Shown one piece after another: positions 1 through 10,072 of a DNA stretch of 64,000 bases. The stretch's first letter is position 1; each line of letters opens with the position of its first letter. The stretch is taken from positions 4,806 through 68,805 of the forward strand of contig CAZTFU010000009.1 of assembly GCA_964612925.1 (NCBI GenBank). The letters are read 5' to 3'. The position numbers and the translations under genes were made by a program. The stretch comes from an uncultured Clostridium sp. GTDB taxonomy: Bacteria > Bacillota > Clostridia > Christensenellales > CAG-138. Under the pieces are notes generated by a model that was given only the letters and a program-made list of their open reading frames with translations, made no database searches and was not told the origin of the DNA.

Positions 1-456
1 GTTAAGCCTTTTTCTGAGCAGGCTTTCAAGCATTCTGCCGCCGTCAAGCGGCACCGCGGGTATCAGATTTACCACTGCCACCGCCATATTCACACTTGCG
101 AACGTGTAAACCGTCTGTGAATCAAGTAATCCGCTTTTATAGACATAAAAGCAGCCAAGCCCCGCAAAAAGGCTGAATATCGGCCCCGTTGACGCAATAA
201 ACAGCTCATCCGCCACATTCGGCCTTGAGCCCGACAGCGTTGCGCACAGCCCCACGGGAGTAAGCTCTATTTCATCCACATGTCTGCCCGTTACCATTGC
301 CGCAAGCGTATGCGCACATTCATGCAGCGTCAGCACAACTATGCTTATCGCCATATCTCCCGCCCTGTTCATAAGCACAGCCAAAAGCATAGCGGCAAAT
401 GCGGCCACGCTTATGCATATGTTCGTTCTGCCTATGCTGAATAGCCTAAGCTTCAC
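1..456 (-). CDS. spoIVFB: SpoIVFB-like site-2 (M50) metalloprotease; 3' end runs off the window
   Basis: Not in ORF track. Reverse strand from GTG 456 (GTGA overlap with upstream stop) reads VKLRLFSIGRTNICISVAAFAAMLLAVLMNRAGDMAISIVVLTLHECAHTLA, with an HExxH motif in a hydrophobic segment; follows an M23-like gene and rodA. Confidence 0.8.
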   Translation of the reverse strand, partial: MKLRLFSIGRTNICISVAAFAAMLLAVLMNRAGDMAISIVVLTLHECAHTLAAMVTGRHVDEIELTPVGLCATLSGSRPNVADELFIASTGPIFSLFAGLGCFYVYKSGLLDSQTVYTFASVNMAVAVVNLIPAVPLDGGRMLESLLRKRLN

Positions 457-1121
457 GCTTGCCTATCCACATCAAAGTATTCGGATGGGGACACGGGTCT
501 GCCGTTCACCTTTGTTTCAATATAGAGAATATCTCCCCTTTCCGTTTCTCCTATGCTATCCGTTGTTTCAAGCGGCTGACCCTCTTCAACGCTGACGGTT
601 TTAAGCCCATAACAGTACAACTCTGTTTTTCCGTCGCTGATGCAGACGAACGTGCCAAGTTCTCCATCCTCTCCCACCTGCTTTACGTTGCCGCTGAGCC
701 GTGCATAAACATACTGGTCGTCGCTTGAGGCTATGCTTACAAGCTCATTATCCGTTCCGCATAGGCTTGCGCTTCCCTTTGCTGGCAACGTCATAAGCTG
801 CTTTGGCGCAAGCACCTCAAGCATTCCGGGCATTTCGACAAACCTAAGCTTGCCGAGCATTTCGTCAAGCTTATCGCCATTTTCTTCACTTCCGTTTTCA
901 AACTGAGTCTGCACTATGGCACCATCCTCATTTGAGTGGAGCTTCACCATCAATGCCGCGGCACATGCCAATGCACACAATCCGATTTTAACGGTCATTG
1001 ACGAAGCGGATACCCTTGCGTTTCTGCCGCGACCCCTTTCTCTTTTAGGAAAATGTCTTTTGCCCATGCCTGAGCTTTCGGTTACAAACGCTCCCGTTTC
1101 CGCCTTGTTGTTTCTTTCCAT
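453..1121 (-). CDS. SpoIVFA-like membrane protein with catalytically degenerate M23/LytM domain
   Basis: One TM segment; C-terminal 'VEEGQPLETTDSIG...LYIETKVNGRPVSPSEY' M23-like tail lacking the HxH ligands; start moved to ATG 1121 after GGGGTGG RBS; sits between rodA and spoIVFB. Confidence 0.7.
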   Translation of the reverse strand: MERNNKAETGAFVTESSGMGKRHFPKRERGRGRNARVSASSMTVKIGLCALACAAALMVKLHSNEDGAIVQTQFENGSEENGDKLDEMLGKLRFVEMPGMLEVLAPKQLMTLPAKGSASLCGTDNELVSIASSDDQYVYARLSGNVKQVGEDGELGTFVCISDGKTELYCYGLKTVSVEEGQPLETTDSIGETERGDILYIETKVNGRPVSPSEYFDVDRQA

Positions 1122-1183
1122 ATAAAACCACCCCCGCGTAAAATACATATGCGCAAGGGGTGGTAGTAAATACGATCGTGCAT

Positions 1184-2344
1184 CTATTTTTTCTCCGGCC
1201 GCCGCATCCACACGTTTTCGACAATGCCCACGGCTATCATATTCGTAAGCAGATTTGAACCGCCATAGCTTATAAACGGAAGCGGTATGCCCGTGACGGG
1301 CATAAGGCCTATTGTCATGCCTATGTTTTCAAACACATGTGCAAGCAACATGCCCGCGCACCCCGCAACAAGACACATCCCAAAGTAGTCCTTGGCATGA
1401 ACGGCTATCCATATCCACCTGAATATAAGCACAAAAAATGCAACTATCAAAAGGGTGCCGCCGACAAAACCAAGCCCCTCGACTATCCCCGCGAATACAA
1501 AATCCGTGTGCCTTTCGGGAACAAAGCGAAGCTGTGCAAGCGTACCCGCAGAGAAATAACCCTTTCCGTAAAGCTTGCCCGAACCTATCGCTATTTTGGA
1601 TTGCAACACGTTATATCCCTGTCCCTGCGGGTCAAGCTCGGGGTCAAGGAAAACGGCTATGCGTCCCCTTTGGTCATCGCTAAACACATAGAAATACGCA
1701 AGCGGCAAGCCAACGGCTACCGCGCCCGCCGCGGCGGCTATATATCCCCATGAAATCCTTGCAACAAAGAATATCATTATCATTATACACAGCAGTACAA
1801 ATGCCGTGCCAAAGTCCGGCTGTACCATTATGAGTAGCGTCGGCCCTATGCAAAGCAGTGCCGCATAGAATATAGACTTAAAGGTTTTCAGTTTACCGTC
1901 GTGCTTTTCCATATCCGCACTTACGATTTTTGACAGCGCGATAATTACGCATATCTTACAAAGCTCGCCGGGCTGTATTGCCCTGTCTATCGCCTCAAAC
2001 ACGAACCAGCCTGTTATGCCGCGCTGAGTCTTATCCATTGCTATAAGCAGTACCAGCAATCCCACTATGCCGATATACGCATATTTGATAAGCGGCTTAA
2101 ACACCTGCTGATAATCAAATATGATTATTATCAAAAATGCGGCCGCTCCTATAATAAAGTTTACGGCCTGCTTGCTTACATATGTAAGATTAAGCTTGTC
2201 CATATAGTCACCCACGGAACTTTCATCCCCACTAAACGGAGAAGCCATTATGCTCGCTATGCTTATTATGCCGAACGTGACCAGTGCAACCACAAGCAAT
2301 ATGGTAAGCCAATCTATTCTTTTAAGCAGCTTGATATCAAACAT
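1184..2344 (-). CDS. rodA: Rod shape-determining SEDS protein RodA
   Basis: QPGELCK, QPDFGTA, 'GYNVLQSKIAIGSG', 'VPERHTDFVFA', 'GIPLPFISYGGS' SEDS motifs. Confidence 0.92.
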   Translation of the reverse strand: MFDIKLLKRIDWLTILLVVALVTFGIISIASIMASPFSGDESSVGDYMDKLNLTYVSKQAVNFIIGAAAFLIIIIFDYQQVFKPLIKYAYIGIVGLLVLLIAMDKTQRGITGWFVFEAIDRAIQPGELCKICVIIALSKIVSADMEKHDGKLKTFKSIFYAALLCIGPTLLIMVQPDFGTAFVLLCIMIMIFFVARISWGYIAAAAGAVAVGLPLAYFYVFSDDQRGRIAVFLDPELDPQGQGYNVLQSKIAIGSGKLYGKGYFSAGTLAQLRFVPERHTDFVFAGIVEGLGFVGGTLLIVAFFVLIFRWIWIAVHAKDYFGMCLVAGCAGMLLAHVFENIGMTIGLMPVTGIPLPFISYGGSNLLTNMIAVGIVENVWMRRPEKK

Positions 2345-3521
2345 TTCCGTCCGTCCCTGCCGTGTCAAAGGCTTTCAGCATGCCTTCATATATTGCGATG
2401 TATTTGTCTGCCGTGTCGCTGTATACAATGGGTCTGTTCACACGCGAAAAGCTTGCTATGCTTTCGCCGCGTACCAACCTATCAAGTATCATAGTTCCCT
2501 GTGCCGCCGCTTCATAATACGGTTCTATGCACAGGGCATAGATATCATTATCCTCAAAAAGATCATAATTTTCGCCGCTCAAGCCGCAACCGAATATGGT
2601 TATGGTTATCTGTGTAAGTAATGCGGGGTTGGGCGTATATTCGCTCTGTACACCCTGCGCGGGTGTGGAATCCGCACTCACCGCCGAATCCGAAATCTCA
2701 TTTGTCGGAGTGGGCGTTGGTGCCCCTTCATTCTTAAAGCGTTTTTGTGCGCGGCTTCTGGCTTTAACCGCCATCTGCACGGCCTCGGCATCACAGGCGT
2801 ATATGCCCTTTATGTCTCTGTTATTCAGTATAAAGTCGGCAAGCTCGTCCGTGGCCGCAGCTTCATCGGATGCGGTGCGCACAAAATCACACACAACAAA
2901 TTGAGGGTAATTCTCTTTTATAGAAGCTTCTATGGCCGTATATGACTCCGCCGTATTGCTGCCGTATACCAATATGCGCCCCGATTTAAGGCTTCTTTCA
3001 TCCATTCTTTCGGCAAGGGCACGCGCAAGCTCATCATAGTATTCGTTCGTATCGGCCGCAACGTTTGCGCTTATGCCCGAAATATCGCATTCATAATATG
3101 GTACGACCACCTTCATTCCGAGTGACACTGCCTTTTCTACAGCATCCGAGTTCGCCCCATCGGCGGAAAAAATCATAAGCGCACTAATGCCCTGCTCGTA
3201 TGCTTCCGCCACTGCATCAATCATGTCTTCATCCGTTGGCACGCGGAACACCTTTGCCGCATAGCACAGCGTTTGTGCGGTACGCAAAAAGCCGTACACG
3301 GTAAGCCTTGCCCCATCGCTGCCGTCATCATCTATTATAAGGCCGAGTATAGGGAAATCCTCCTGCTGTAACATGCCTGCGTCATCGTTTTCGGCCGATT
3401 GGTCGATTTTTATGTCTGCATCCGAGTGTGCATTTTGGGATTCATTCATGCCTTCATTGGCACAGCCGAATGAGAAAAGCATAATAAGAGCCATTGCCGT
3501 TGCGGCAATGCGTTTCAACAT
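2337..3521 (-). CDS. Lipoprotein, periplasmic sugar-binding (PBP type 1)-like
   Basis: Signal peptide with lipobox FSFGC; alpha/beta pattern 'DAVEKAVSLGMKVVV', 'NNRDIKGIYACD'; Pro/Thr-rich insert. Confidence 0.6.
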   Translation of the reverse strand: MLKRIAATAMALIMLFSFGCANEGMNESQNAHSDADIKIDQSAENDDAGMLQQEDFPILGLIIDDDGSDGARLTVYGFLRTAQTLCYAAKVFRVPTDEDMIDAVAEAYEQGISALMIFSADGANSDAVEKAVSLGMKVVVPYYECDISGISANVAADTNEYYDELARALAERMDERSLKSGRILVYGSNTAESYTAIEASIKENYPQFVVCDFVRTASDEAAATDELADFILNNRDIKGIYACDAEAVQMAVKARSRAQKRFKNEGAPTPTPTNEISDSAVSADSTPAQGVQSEYTPNPALLTQITITIFGCGLSGENYDLFEDNDIYALCIEPYYEAAAQGTMILDRLVRGESIASFSRVNRPIVYSDTADKYIAIYEGMLKAFDTAGTDGNV

Positions 3522-3635
3522 TTGAGCTTCCTCCTTTCATTCGGAATGAGTATCAATTGATTTTACACTAAAACGGCCGCTTTGTTAACCCTTATCGGCT
3601 TATTTTACAAAGCAGCCATATATTTATGCACAATT

Positions 3636-5060
3636 CTACAGCATGTACCTTTCTTGTTTGGGCGCCCTTGCATTGAGCTCACGGCGTTTTTCGTCATACC
3701 CCGCCTTGCCCATAAGCGCATATGTTGCAGCCTTTCCTTCTTCAACCCCCGGCTGATCGAACGCATTTATGTTGAGCAATTCCCCCGCATACGCCGTCTG
3801 CATTTCAAAAAAGTACAAAAGCTGCCCTATCGTAAACGGGTTTATCTCACTAAGAGTGATGGTCTTGTTCATATGACCCGACTTTGTTACGGCGTATTCG
3901 GTTGCGCTCTGTTCGCTCTTTATAAGCTGATTAAAGCTGTGCCCGCCAAGGAATGCAACATCCGTCAAATCCTCAAACCCATTTGGAATTTGCACATCAT
4001 GCCTAAACCTGTCCACGCCTATAAAGGTTATCACCTTATCGAATGATCCTTCGGTATAAAGCTGCACCTGCGAATGCTGATCCGTCACCCCAAGTGCCTT
4101 TACGGGCGTTTGACCCGTATAAACAAGCTTGCCGTCATTATCCGTTTTCTTGCCAAGGCTTTCCGCCCACAGTTGGGCATACCAATCCGCAATGTATTTA
4201 AGAGAATCCGCATACGGCATCATAACGCTTATGTTTGCGCCCTTTCGCATGGCCTCAACCTCGCACACGGCGGCCATAAATGCAATATTCTTTCTGAAAT
4301 CATGTTCAGAGCAAAGCTCATCCATGTATGCTCCGCCCGCAAGCAGCATTTCTATATCTATGCCGCATACCGCGGCGCTAAGCAGTCCCACGGGGCAAAG
4401 TTCCGAAAATCTTCCCCCGACGCCACTTGGAACGAATAAAGTTTTAAGCCCGTACTGCTTGGCTATTTTTATAAGGTTGCCGTTGGTTTGGTCGGTCGTG
4501 GCAATTATATGCTCCGTCCAGCCGTCTCCCAGTCTATCCTTCAAAAGGGATACGATATACAATAGCTGCGACATTGTTTCGCTTGTGCTGCCCGACTTTG
4601 TTATTACGTTAAATACCGTGTGTTCAAGCTCTATAACATCAAGAAGTTGAGCCATGCGTTCAGGGTCTATATTGTCCTCAACATAGAATTTAGGCCCGTT
4701 GCGTTTTTCTCTGTCAAGCTCATTATAGCGCATATGGTTCAATGCTTGCTGTACGGCAATCGGCCCAAGTGCACTGCCACCTATACCAAGTACGACAAAA
4801 GCGTCATACTTTTCCCTTATCGTTTCGGCAAGCGATTGTATCTGCTCTACCGTTTCGCCTTGGCAATGCGGCAAGTCGCGCCACTTCATTTGCGCACGTT
4901 TTTTCTCTACGTTTTCAACAGCTTTTTCATATATTGCGGCACGGCTTTCGATTTCATCCATATCAAGACCGTAAACGCCTACGTTTTCCCTCATCATGCC
5001 GTTTATATCAAGCCTAAGCTTCATACTGCGCCGCCATTGGGGATTATTGTATTCCTTCAT
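3636..5060 (-). CDS. pgi: Glucose-6-phosphate isomerase
   Basis: VLGIGGSALG, ITKSGSTSET, VGGRFS, DQHSQVQLY, AFDQPGVEEGK motifs. Confidence 0.96.
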   Translation of the reverse strand: MKEYNNPQWRRSMKLRLDINGMMRENVGVYGLDMDEIESRAAIYEKAVENVEKKRAQMKWRDLPHCQGETVEQIQSLAETIREKYDAFVVLGIGGSALGPIAVQQALNHMRYNELDREKRNGPKFYVEDNIDPERMAQLLDVIELEHTVFNVITKSGSTSETMSQLLYIVSLLKDRLGDGWTEHIIATTDQTNGNLIKIAKQYGLKTLFVPSGVGGRFSELCPVGLLSAAVCGIDIEMLLAGGAYMDELCSEHDFRKNIAFMAAVCEVEAMRKGANISVMMPYADSLKYIADWYAQLWAESLGKKTDNDGKLVYTGQTPVKALGVTDQHSQVQLYTEGSFDKVITFIGVDRFRHDVQIPNGFEDLTDVAFLGGHSFNQLIKSEQSATEYAVTKSGHMNKTITLSEINPFTIGQLLYFFEMQTAYAGELLNINAFDQPGVEEGKAATYALMGKAGYDEKRRELNARAPKQERYML

Positions 5061-5137
5061 TACGCCCTCCTTAATAAAGAAATAATTCTCTTAGAATTAT
5101 ACCACATATATTGCCGTTGCCCATCATATTTTATGTT

Positions 5138-5617
5138 ATGATAGCTAAGCATATAAAAAAACTTGCAATTACAGTTTCGCTTGCGGTGCTTATCGGTATA
5201 TGCATAATGCTGTTCTCCGCGCCTAAAACGGGCAGTTTGCGCATACAGGCAGTCGATGCGTATACGCTTGAGCCCATACAGGATGCATATATCATAGCCG
5301 CACGGTGCGGCATTTCCGCATATACGGACGAACTCGGTTTTGCATATCTAAATGATGTTCCGTTTAAGCCGAATGCACTTTTCAGCCGCGTGGCCGAATG
5401 TGAGTGGGGCGAGGTTGAACTTGTCGCTTTAGCTGACGGATATATGCCTTATGCCCTGCTACATGCGCTCATTTATCCGAATTCGCTCAGGCTCGGCCCA
5501 ACGTTATATCTTTTCCCTTTGGGTGAAGAGGGTGTTCAAGTAACTACAATGACGGAATCCCCAAGTGAAGAAGATATGCTAAAGCTTATTGAGTATTCTA
5601 TGTACAGGCAGGAGTAA
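5138..5617 (+). CDS. Hypothetical secreted/membrane-anchored protein (carboxypeptidase-regulatory-like beta fold)
   Basis: N-terminal TM; 'GSLRIQAVDAYTLEPIQDAYI...YTDELGFA' pattern. Confidence 0.55.
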   Translation: MIAKHIKKLAITVSLAVLIGICIMLFSAPKTGSLRIQAVDAYTLEPIQDAYIIAARCGISAYTDELGFAYLNDVPFKPNALFSRVAECEWGEVELVALADGYMPYALLHALIYPNSLRLGPTLYLFPLGEEGVQVTTMTESPSEEDMLKLIEYSMYRQE

Positions 5618-5660
5618 TATCGACATTCCCTTTTTTATTATCGGGTGGTATAATATTGTC

Positions 5661-6803
5661 ATGAGTACATCGAATAAAAAAAGCCCGTATTCGGGCGAAT
5701 GGAAACCCGTTTTAAGAAAGTTGCCGTGGCTGCTGCTTGTTCCGCTGTTCTACGCGCTAAGTCAGCTTGCGTCAAAATACCCCAAAATTACGGAAAAATT
5801 CTACAGTTCCTCCGCATATCCATACATCAGATACGCAATAGGTTACATAAGCTCTCTTGCCCGCGGCATATCCGTTGCCGAATGTGTTATTTTCGCGCTT
5901 ATAATTGCGGCAATAGTGCTTATTATACTGTTCTTTGTTAAGCTTTTCAGCGGAAGACTGCGCTTTGCAAGGCTTGTAAGCGCACTTATGAGTATATGCA
6001 CGTTTGCATCGTTCCTGTTTGCGCTGTTCTATATTGAATGGGGCTTTAACTATATGCGTCCTTCGCTTTATGAAAGGATGGAGCTTAGCATTGAGGCGCG
6101 TCCAAAGGAAGAGCTTAATTCGCTTTGCAGATATCTTGCCACCTCCGCAAGCGAATTGAGGGCGGAGCTTAGCGAAAACGAAAAAGGCGTATTTGTTTTG
6201 GATTCGTCGGTGCAGGCAGAATTCAACAAGATTCCCGCGGCATACAGGCTTTTGAGTGCGGATTATTCCATCTTCTCGGGCACCGTATACCCCGCCAAGG
6301 GCGTTAAAGCCTCCGTTATAATGTCGTATGGCGGTATTGCGGGCATATACATTCCGTTTACCGCTGAAGCAAACGTTAATATAGACCAGCCCGCGTTGCT
6401 TACGGCATCCTCCGCCGCGCACGAAACGGCGCATTTTCTCGGTATCGCACGCGAGGATGAGGCCAACTTTGTAAGCTATCTCGCATGTTCTTATTCACTT
6501 GACGCTTCCGTTAAATATTCGGGCACAATGCTTGCACTTATAAACTGCGCAAACCAGCTTTACTCCGCGGATACCGAATTGTACTACAGCCTTGTAAACG
6601 AATGCTATAGCGATGCTATGTTGCGTGACATTCGCGATTACAATGCATATTGGGACGAGTTTGAGGGTCCCGTTGAGGAGGCCATGGATAACGTTAACGA
6701 CAGCTACCTTAAATTCAACCAACAGGAAAGCGGTGTAAAAAGCTACGGCCTTATGGTCGATTTACTGCTTGCATATTATGCTTCAACCGCTTCCCTTCAG
6801 TAG
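5661..6803 (+). CDS. DUF3810-like membrane zinc metallopeptidase
   Basis: Three TM segments, 'WGFNY', 'GIYIPFTAEANVN', AHETAH (HExxH), 'REDEANF'. Confidence 0.8.
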   Translation: MSTSNKKSPYSGEWKPVLRKLPWLLLVPLFYALSQLASKYPKITEKFYSSSAYPYIRYAIGYISSLARGISVAECVIFALIIAAIVLIILFFVKLFSGRLRFARLVSALMSICTFASFLFALFYIEWGFNYMRPSLYERMELSIEARPKEELNSLCRYLATSASELRAELSENEKGVFVLDSSVQAEFNKIPAAYRLLSADYSIFSGTVYPAKGVKASVIMSYGGIAGIYIPFTAEANVNIDQPALLTASSAAHETAHFLGIAREDEANFVSYLACSYSLDASVKYSGTMLALINCANQLYSADTELYYSLVNECYSDAMLRDIRDYNAYWDEFEGPVEEAMDNVNDSYLKFNQQESGVKSYGLMVDLLLAYYASTASLQ

Positions 6804-8272
6804 CCAAGCTCTATCGCTTTTTCTATTATGGCGGCGGCAACGGGTGCGGCAACGGTTCCGCCTCCACCGCCGTTTTCTATTATAACCGTTATAGCATACG
6901 GGTGCTCGGCATCTTCAACAAAGCCCGTAAACCATGCATGGGGACTGTATTTTCCCGATGACGATACCTCTGCCGTGCCCGTCTTGCCGCAAACGCTCAG
7001 CCCTTCCACGGCCGCCTTTTTGCCTGTGCCGTTTTTGACCGCAAGGCGCATGGCTTCTTTCAGAAATTCGGCTTCATTGCCCTTAAAAACGGTTTTATAC
7101 TCTTCTACCTGTAATCTTGATTTTATATTTCCGTCCTTATCGCTTACATTCAGGCAAAGCTTAGGTTCCGTTATGGTGCCCGAATTTGCTATGCCCGCGG
7201 TTAAAAGGCAAAGTTGCATCGGTGTAATTATATCCTTATCCTGCCCCACGCCGCTCCACGCAAGTGCAAAATCCGTATCCGCCTTTTCCATGCTGCCGCA
7301 GTATATAACCATTTCGTCAAACGAGTATTCTCCGCCTATACCAAGTGATTCTGCTGTTTTGATAAGCTTGTCCGCACCAACCTCAAGTGCAATGCTTGCA
7401 AACGTGTGATTGCAGGAATAAGCCAATGCTTCGCTTAATGTCAATTCGCCGTGAACCTCATCATTATGATCCTTGAGAAGTACATAGCCTTCCTTCACGT
7501 TGCCTTCATCATCCACCGCCTCATAAAGTTCCACCTGTGCACCGCTGTATGAATCGAATGCAAGCGGCCCGTCGCACACGAATATGCGCTCCTCGGCATC
7601 AGGTAAATATCTTAATGCGGCAACAGTGGTTATAAGCTTAAACGTTGACCCGGGGGTATACCTTCCCATGGTTACACGATTGACCATTGAGCCTGAGGGC
7701 AGTTCCGCCCCTTCCGAAAGGTATTCATCCATTAGCTCTGGGTCAAAGGAAGGGGAGCTTGTCATTACAAGCACTTCGCCCGTGGTATAGTTAAGCATAA
7801 CTATCGCCCCCGCGCGCTCGTCAAGCAGTTCGTAGGCATAGTCATTCAGCCTTGTATCCAACGTCAGCGCAACATTATCGCCGCGCCGTTTTTCATTTGA
7901 AAACAGATAGCTTAACCTGTCCCCCGCGTTTTGTTCAAAGCCGAGCAGATACTTTGAAAAAAGTGCCTGTGCGCCGATAGTCTGGCCACTATTGTCACCA
8001 ACCGCATGGGCGCAGGCAAGTCTTGTTGTTTCAAGGTAATTATAACGCCGCACGCCCTCATCATCACTTATCACAAGCACGGTGCCGCATCTGTCGGTGA
8101 CGGTGCCGGCTATTACCGTGTTTTTCTGCTTTGTCACGCGGGTATTGTACGGACTTGCAAACCAATACGCGCCGTATACATCTATCACATACACAAGGTA
8201 TGCCCCGAGTATTACGAACATCAATATGAAAACCGCAAGCATGGTTTTTATGCCGTTTTTTCGCTTATTCAT
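6797..8272 (-). CDS. Class B penicillin-binding transpeptidase (PbpA-like)
   Basis: SxxK (GSTFK), SxN (SCN), KTGTAE; N-terminal TM. Confidence 0.9.
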   Translation of the reverse strand: MNKRKNGIKTMLAVFILMFVILGAYLVYVIDVYGAYWFASPYNTRVTKQKNTVIAGTVTDRCGTVLVISDDEGVRRYNYLETTRLACAHAVGDNSGQTIGAQALFSKYLLGFEQNAGDRLSYLFSNEKRRGDNVALTLDTRLNDYAYELLDERAGAIVMLNYTTGEVLVMTSSPSFDPELMDEYLSEGAELPSGSMVNRVTMGRYTPGSTFKLITTVAALRYLPDAEERIFVCDGPLAFDSYSGAQVELYEAVDDEGNVKEGYVLLKDHNDEVHGELTLSEALAYSCNHTFASIALEVGADKLIKTAESLGIGGEYSFDEMVIYCGSMEKADTDFALAWSGVGQDKDIITPMQLCLLTAGIANSGTITEPKLCLNVSDKDGNIKSRLQVEEYKTVFKGNEAEFLKEAMRLAVKNGTGKKAAVEGLSVCGKTGTAEVSSSGKYSPHAWFTGFVEDAEHPYAITVIIENGGGGGTVAAPVAAAIIEKAIELGY

Positions 8273-9576
8273 TCGTCCTCCACGGTGCCGTAGTCATTCG
8301 AATACACTTCAGGCGTATCATCTTCATCGTCCGTTTCTTCGTCAACAAGTAGTGCTTCTTCAAGCTCGCCCGCACCGATATCCGCGGCAGACTGAATTAT
8401 TCCGTGCAGCATCATACACGCTATAAGTGAACTGCCGCCGTAGCTTACAAACGGCATTGTTATGCCCGTAAGCGGTATAAGCTTTATTACGCCGCCTATT
8501 ATTATAAAAGTTTGCACGGCCAAAAGTGCGCTTGCCCCGAATGCACACAACGAAACAAACCTGTTTTTAACGTTAAGTGCCGCCATGCAGCCGCGTACTA
8601 CTATTATAAGGTATATCGCAATTATTCCAAGGCCGAAAATTATGCCGAATTCTTCACATATTACCGCAAAAATATAGTCCGTGCGGTATGCGGGTATAAG
8701 TTTTGGCGACCCTTCGCCAAGTCCCATGCCGAAAAGCCCGCCCGACGCAATCGCCATCAGTCCCTGTGCTATTTGATAGCCGCTTGTTGAATATGTGGCC
8801 CACGGGTCAAGCCACACCGCAACACGCCTTTGCACATGATCAAACAGATAATAGCTTGCGATCGCCCCCACCGCACATGCGGCAGTGCCCAAAAGGGTCG
8901 TGCCAAGTTTGCCGCTTGCGGCGTAAAACATCATCATATACACAAGTGCCATAAGCATGGCCGCGCCAAGGTCACGCTGTATCACAAGCAATATGCACAC
9001 CGCAACCGCAAAAAGCGTGGGCGCGATAAGCTCCTTTAGGCTTGTTCGTTCGCTCATTGCGCCCGCCAAAACTATTATCATTGCTATTTTTACAAATTCC
9101 GAAGGCTGAAACAGTATTCCGCCTATGCTTATCCAGTTTACTGCGCCGCCTGATTCCTTGCCTATAAACAGCAATGCACCGAGAATGCCAAGGCTTATAA
9201 GTGCGGCGGGAATGCGAAGATACAAGAGCACCGTAGGCTTTTTCATAATAAGCAGCATTGCGACCATGCCGATGAGCCCTATGCTTGAGAATATAAGCTG
9301 CTTGAGCGCGGTATCCGCGTCAAGCCTATATTGCATAACAAGTCCAACGCTCATAAGAAAACCTACAAGCGCGGCCATAAGTCTGTCCCCGTTTGGCAAT
9401 ATCGAACAAAGCAGCATATGTTGAATAATAACAAGCAACACGGTAAGCACCATGAAGAGAAGTGCTTTTGCGTCAAAGCTTTCCTTTGATACGGAAAGTA
9501 GCATAAACGCCGCAAATATGAATATAAGCACGATGAGCAGCACCCTTGAGGCTCCGACTCGTCTAACCTTGAGCAT
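8269..9576 (-). CDS. FtsW/RodA/SpoVE family SEDS protein
   Basis: FQPSEFVK, QRDLGAA, TDYIFAVICEEFG, PLTGITMPFVSYGGSS; start after GGAGG RBS. Confidence 0.9.
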   Translation of the reverse strand: MLKVRRVGASRVLLIVLIFIFAAFMLLSVSKESFDAKALLFMVLTVLLVIIQHMLLCSILPNGDRLMAALVGFLMSVGLVMQYRLDADTALKQLIFSSIGLIGMVAMLLIMKKPTVLLYLRIPAALISLGILGALLFIGKESGGAVNWISIGGILFQPSEFVKIAMIIVLAGAMSERTSLKELIAPTLFAVAVCILLVIQRDLGAAMLMALVYMMMFYAASGKLGTTLLGTAACAVGAIASYYLFDHVQRRVAVWLDPWATYSTSGYQIAQGLMAIASGGLFGMGLGEGSPKLIPAYRTDYIFAVICEEFGIIFGLGIIAIYLIIVVRGCMAALNVKNRFVSLCAFGASALLAVQTFIIIGGVIKLIPLTGITMPFVSYGGSSLIACMMLHGIIQSAADIGAGELEEALLVDEETDDEDDTPEVYSNDYGTVEDE

Positions 9577-10027
9577 CGTCATCCTCCCTGTTTCGCGAAG
9601 GTGCGCAAATGAATTCAATATCGAGAACGCGCACCCTGTCCCCCGGTTCAAGCATTACGGTACGTGCCTTCTGCGCAAGGCCGTTTATTGCAAAAAACCG
9701 TTTCCGTTTTACTTTTATATATACCGATCCCTTGCTTTCAAACAGTTTGATGTGGTTGCGATTCAAACAGCAGTTTTCAATGAATACATCGTCCGTTTCG
9801 CTGCCGCCTATACTGCATTCGCCGTTTATATAGAGCCGTGTGCCGTAAAGCGATTCGGGCTCCGTAAAGCGAATATACCTTACACTTATTTGCGCAATCC
9901 GCCGTGCGCGGCGCATCAGGCGCGCCTTCTTTATGCTCAGCACCAACGATGCCGCAATTATATAAAGTATAATCACAATAAAAAGATACCGCGCCAAAGC
10001 GGATAACATATCATAAACCGAATCCAC
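9563..10027 (-). CDS. Membrane-anchored FHA-like domain protein (degenerate)
   Basis: N-terminal TM, 'CSIGGSETDDVFIENCCLNRNHI...LEPGDRVRV'; position upstream of the SEDS-bPBP pair. Confidence 0.7.
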   Translation of the reverse strand: MDSVYDMLSALARYLFIVIILYIIAASLVLSIKKARLMRRARRIAQISVRYIRFTEPESLYGTRLYINGECSIGGSETDDVFIENCCLNRNHIKLFESKGSVYIKVKRKRFFAINGLAQKARTVMLEPGDRVRVLDIEFICAPSRNREDDDAQG

Positions 10028-10072
10028 AGCGCGGTACCTCCTTTGTTTATTCTGTTTTATTGTACCACAGTT

